Assembly (NCBI GenBank): GCA_919902105.1 | Contig: CAKKQO010000028.1 | Span: 49,220 to 89,226 of the forward strand | From: Omnitrophica bacterium GWA2_41_15 | GTDB lineage: Bacteria; Omnitrophota; Gorgyraeia; Ghiorseimicrobiales; Ghiorseimicrobiaceae | DNA: 40,007 nucleotides | Direction: 5' to 3' | Shown: positions 37,597-40,007 of the stretch, one piece after another | How the letters are laid out: each line of letters begins with the position of its first letter | Position numbering within the stretch: position 1 is the first letter of the stretch | Program-made: the position numbers and the translations under genes | The notes under the pieces: model-generated | Told to the model about the DNA's origin: nothing | Database searches by the model: none | What the model saw: only the letters and a program-made list of their open reading frames with translations

Positions 37597-38133
37597 CTAT
37601 TCGGAAACTACGACGGCGTCCTTTAAAAACATCCGCCAGTTTTCCGGTCCGGAATACTCAGTGGAGCGGATACTGTAGTTTCCCTGCTTATCAAATATCC
37701 AGATAATCTCATTGGCATGGCCGGGCAATACCTGCATCTGAAAAACCATTGTTCCATCATCTCTGAATATCCCGAAGCCATAGGTAACATCCTGCGAAAA
37801 GAGGGTAAATTTAACTGGTTCATTTACTTTAAGTTTTATCGGATCCTCAGGAAGATAAAACTTATAGTCGGCAACATTAATTGCGACCTCTTTTTTAGAA
37901 AGTATCTGCTTCTTCAAAACCTGCCATCTTGTCCAGGGAAATTTAATGTGCGTGAAAACATGGAATCCCAGAGCCAAAACGATAACAAAAATAATCCAAG
38001 AGGTAAGCGAGATTTTAAATTTTAAATTAATCTTTTTCTCGGAAGTAACTGCTCGGCTAAATAAACTCATCAAGGTCAATACTGTCAAGGCATAAACCGT
38101 ATAGACGATTCCCACTATCGTTGTCGCATACAT
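37597..38133 (-). CDS. Oxidase subunit II-like cupredoxin lacking CuA ligands
   Basis: Two TM segments plus cupredoxin fold. DVTYGF and STEYSGPENWRM replace DVxHxF and CxExCGxxHxxM. Confidence 0.8.
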   Translation of the reverse strand: MYATTIVGIVYTVYALTVLTLMSLFSRAVTSEKKINLKFKISLTSWIIFVIVLALGFHVFTHIKFPWTRWQVLKKQILSKKEVAINVADYKFYLPEDPIKLKVNEPVKFTLFSQDVTYGFGIFRDDGTMVFQMQVLPGHANEIIWIFDKQGNYSIRSTEYSGPENWRMFLKDAVVVSE

Positions 38134-38226
38134 TTTACACACCATCCTTTCTTATCCCATTTTTTCTTTTGGTTTGTTTAATCTTGCGCGGATTAAGCGG
38201 CGTAAGGCAAGCACAGCAGGCATTTT

Positions 38227-38859
38227 TTATTTTAAGTGCTTCACGCTGAATAAACCGCTTACCTCTTCAAAAAGCACCGCTCTTACTCTTTCCTGCCATA
38301 ATTTCTGAAATTTTTCTTTTTGTTCTTTGCTTGCCGTTTGCACAATGCATTTTGTAAAAAGACCGGGCATCTCATCCTTCTGCGGCAGGCGTTCCGGATG
38401 ATAGGTAATTTTTACTGATTTTTTTGTATCCTCGCGGGTAAAAATAAAAGTGTTTGCTTCTTCATTCTTCTCATCAAAAAATAACTTATTTTTACGTACA
38501 AACTTCCCGCCTAATCCGGCAAAGCCAGTTTCAGGCGCGGCCCCGGTAATAAAAGTAATCACCTGTGAGATCGGGCCGTTGGCGCCGTGCTCTACGCTGC
38601 CTAAAACTTTTACATTTATTTCGCCCCTTATCGGGATATCTCTGCCATATAATGCCTCTAACGCCTTTTGTGTAATTTTGTAGGCGCCGGAAACTGCCGG
38701 ACAGGAATGGCCGGCAAATTTTACTGCATCAACATAAGTAAATACCAACTCTTCGCCTTCAGGCAAAGCGCCGAGAAATTCTCCCAGCGGCTCGCGCAGT
38801 TTTATCGGCGCGGCATCTTCATAAAACGGCTGTTTCCATCTTATATCGCTTATACACAT
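38227..38859 (-). CDS. FmdE-like family protein
   Basis: DAVKFAGHSCP.V.GAY..AL..LY..P.RG.I; ITGA...GF.GL. Confidence 0.7.
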   Translation of the reverse strand: MCISDIRWKQPFYEDAAPIKLREPLGEFLGALPEGEELVFTYVDAVKFAGHSCPAVSGAYKITQKALEALYGRDIPIRGEINVKVLGSVEHGANGPISQVITFITGAAPETGFAGLGGKFVRKNKLFFDEKNEEANTFIFTREDTKKSVKITYHPERLPQKDEMPGLFTKCIVQTASKEQKEKFQKLWQERVRAVLFEEVSGLFSVKHLK

Positions 38860-38874
38860 TTTCCCCTCTATGGT

Positions 38875-39093
38875 TTAGGCAGCAATCACTTTCTTTATTC
38901 CTGGGACTGCTTTCTTTATTGCCTGCTCGACTCCCTGAGTCATAGTTATCTGCGACATCGGACATCCGCCACAGGCGCCGGTGAGCCGAACTTTAACTAT
39001 ACCATCCTCAACACTCACCAACTCAATGTCTCCACCATCCATCTGTAAAGATGGCCGGATAGTTTCTAATGCCTTCTCAATCTTGTCTCTCAT
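38875..39093 (-). CDS. NifU/NfuA C-terminal Fe-S scaffold domain protein
   Basis: IRPSLQMDGGDIEL and GACGGCPMS. Confidence 0.95.
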   Translation of the reverse strand: MRDKIEKALETIRPSLQMDGGDIELVSVEDGIVKVRLTGACGGCPMSQITMTQGVEQAIKKAVPGIKKVIAA

Positions 39094-39120
39094 CTTAATA
39101 TCTCCAATCGCTTTATTAAA

Positions 39121-39576
39121 TTAGCTATGCCTTGGCCTGATCTTGACTTCTTTAAATCTTCGCTTTAAATCTTCTTTATCTTCTTCGCTGAATTTTTCAG
39201 CTAAGGATGCCAAATCATCGCATTCTTCAAAAAATTTAGATAATCGTGGAGACGTCTTTAAAAGATCGGATAATTCAAATTTATGCAGGCTATTCTTTTC
39301 CAGCGCTCTCCTTGACTTATCAATAAACTCTCTCACTGTCTCTTGTTCTCTACGTAAGTTTTCCGTTATCTCAAGCACTAACCGGCGCAGTCTGGGATAA
39401 AGATAATTTTCTTCAAAATCAAAGTGCCTATTTGCCAAATCGTCTATTTTTGTTAAGATATTTTTAGCTTCATAGCAATCAGACGATTCTATTGCCCCTT
39501 GAAAAGAATTTACTAAATTTAACAGCTCTAAGTGGTCTTTTTGAAAATCATCAATAAAACTATCTACTCTTGCCAT
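39121..39576 (-). CDS. Hemerythrin-like (HHE) domain protein, degenerate C-terminal half
   Basis: DH and HFDFEE..LYP are present; later His ligands are not evident. Confidence 0.7.
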   Translation of the reverse strand: MARVDSFIDDFQKDHLELLNLVNSFQGAIESSDCYEAKNILTKIDDLANRHFDFEENYLYPRLRRLVLEITENLRREQETVREFIDKSRRALEKNSLHKFELSDLLKTSPRLSKFFEECDDLASLAEKFSEEDKEDLKRRFKEVKIRPRHS

Positions 39577-39592
39577 AATTCCACCTCCCAAT

Positions 39593-39826
39593 TTAAACCT
39601 TCTTTATTTCTACAATCCAATCCTTTGGTCCTTTCTGTTCATAATTCCATGCGTATTTTCCTTTGTATTCCACTTCAAACTGATACCATAACGGCTTTGG
39701 ATCATGGTCGTTTATGATTCTTAAGGTTTCTCCGGCTTTTAATTCATCCCAGATTTGAAATATCTTCTCATGCCTTTGAAACGGCGGCATTGGCCTTAAA
39801 TCTAATGTTTGTATATTTACGCTCAT
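39593..39826 (-). CDS. DUF2249 domain protein
   Basis: LDLR..P...RH..IF..L..GE....NDHDPKPL.YQ..GP..W; RBS AAGGAG. Confidence 0.9.
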   Translation of the reverse strand: MSVNIQTLDLRPMPPFQRHEKIFQIWDELKAGETLRIINDHDPKPLWYQFEVEYKGKYAWNYEQKGPKDWIVEIKKV

Positions 39827-40007
39827 ATCCATATCTCCTTTCTCAAGAAACGTTACTTTCCCACTCAATACATATCCTTTAATCCCGGGTTTACATTTTC
39901 TCTTTAGCCTATCACAAAAATTATCTATCCGATGAGGGGCATACCCAGCTCATTATTTCTTAGGATAGACTGCTCCTTTTAAATTTAAAGTGGCATCAAC
40001 TTTTATT

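Noticed and set aside
38135-38223. 29-aa ORF MPAVLALRRL... upstream of oxidase subunit II as a small oxidase subunit
   Set aside because: It has no RBS and no transmembrane character.
159-39717. All + strand ORFs in the track (e.g. 5828-6379, 6988-7650, 28926-29441)
   Set aside because: They are antisense shadows of well-supported minus-strand genes and have no motifs or RBS.

Overview
Bacterial chromosomal segment (standard genetic code) in which every supportable protein gene lies on the minus strand. The 3' part (0.17-18.7 kb) is a housekeeping run: purB, purL (with PurS-like N-terminus), LOG, purQ, purF, purM, SPFH, purD, purE, a Sua5/TsaC-LMW phosphatase fusion, rpiB, glyA, dCMP deaminase, nrdR, DUF151 nuclease and a tRNA nucleotidyltransferase that looks CC-adding. 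An AT-rich islet at about 12.0-13.75 kb interrupts this run. It carries a restriction-endonuclease-like gene and an NYN-domain RNase. The 5' part (about 22-40 kb) is a redox and O2/NO-stress cluster typical of anaerobes: a non-canonical gNOR-like heme-copper oxidase pair, NifU, MetV, TusA plus a sulfite-reductase-like protein, CooC-CooS, an unlisted rubredoxin, FprA, 2-oxoacid:ferredoxin oxidoreductase, superoxide reductase, Grx, TrxR and a Dps-like protein. The gene content suggests an anaerobe of PVC/Omnitrophota type, but this is inference only. The most notable signals are: (1) a near-consensus sigma70 promoter driving a ~55-nt structured, terminated small RNA that converges on the NYN RNase stop codon, a candidate RNase-toxin/RNA-antitoxin module; (2) in-frame 7/8-bp tandem repeats and a covarying 29-bp hairpin inserted inside purine genes; (3) a covarying ~65-bp repeated hairpin upstream of two unrelated genes; (4) an rpiB with no local start codon next to a slippery site and hairpin. 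No rRNA, tRNA, CRISPR array or intact transposase was recognised.
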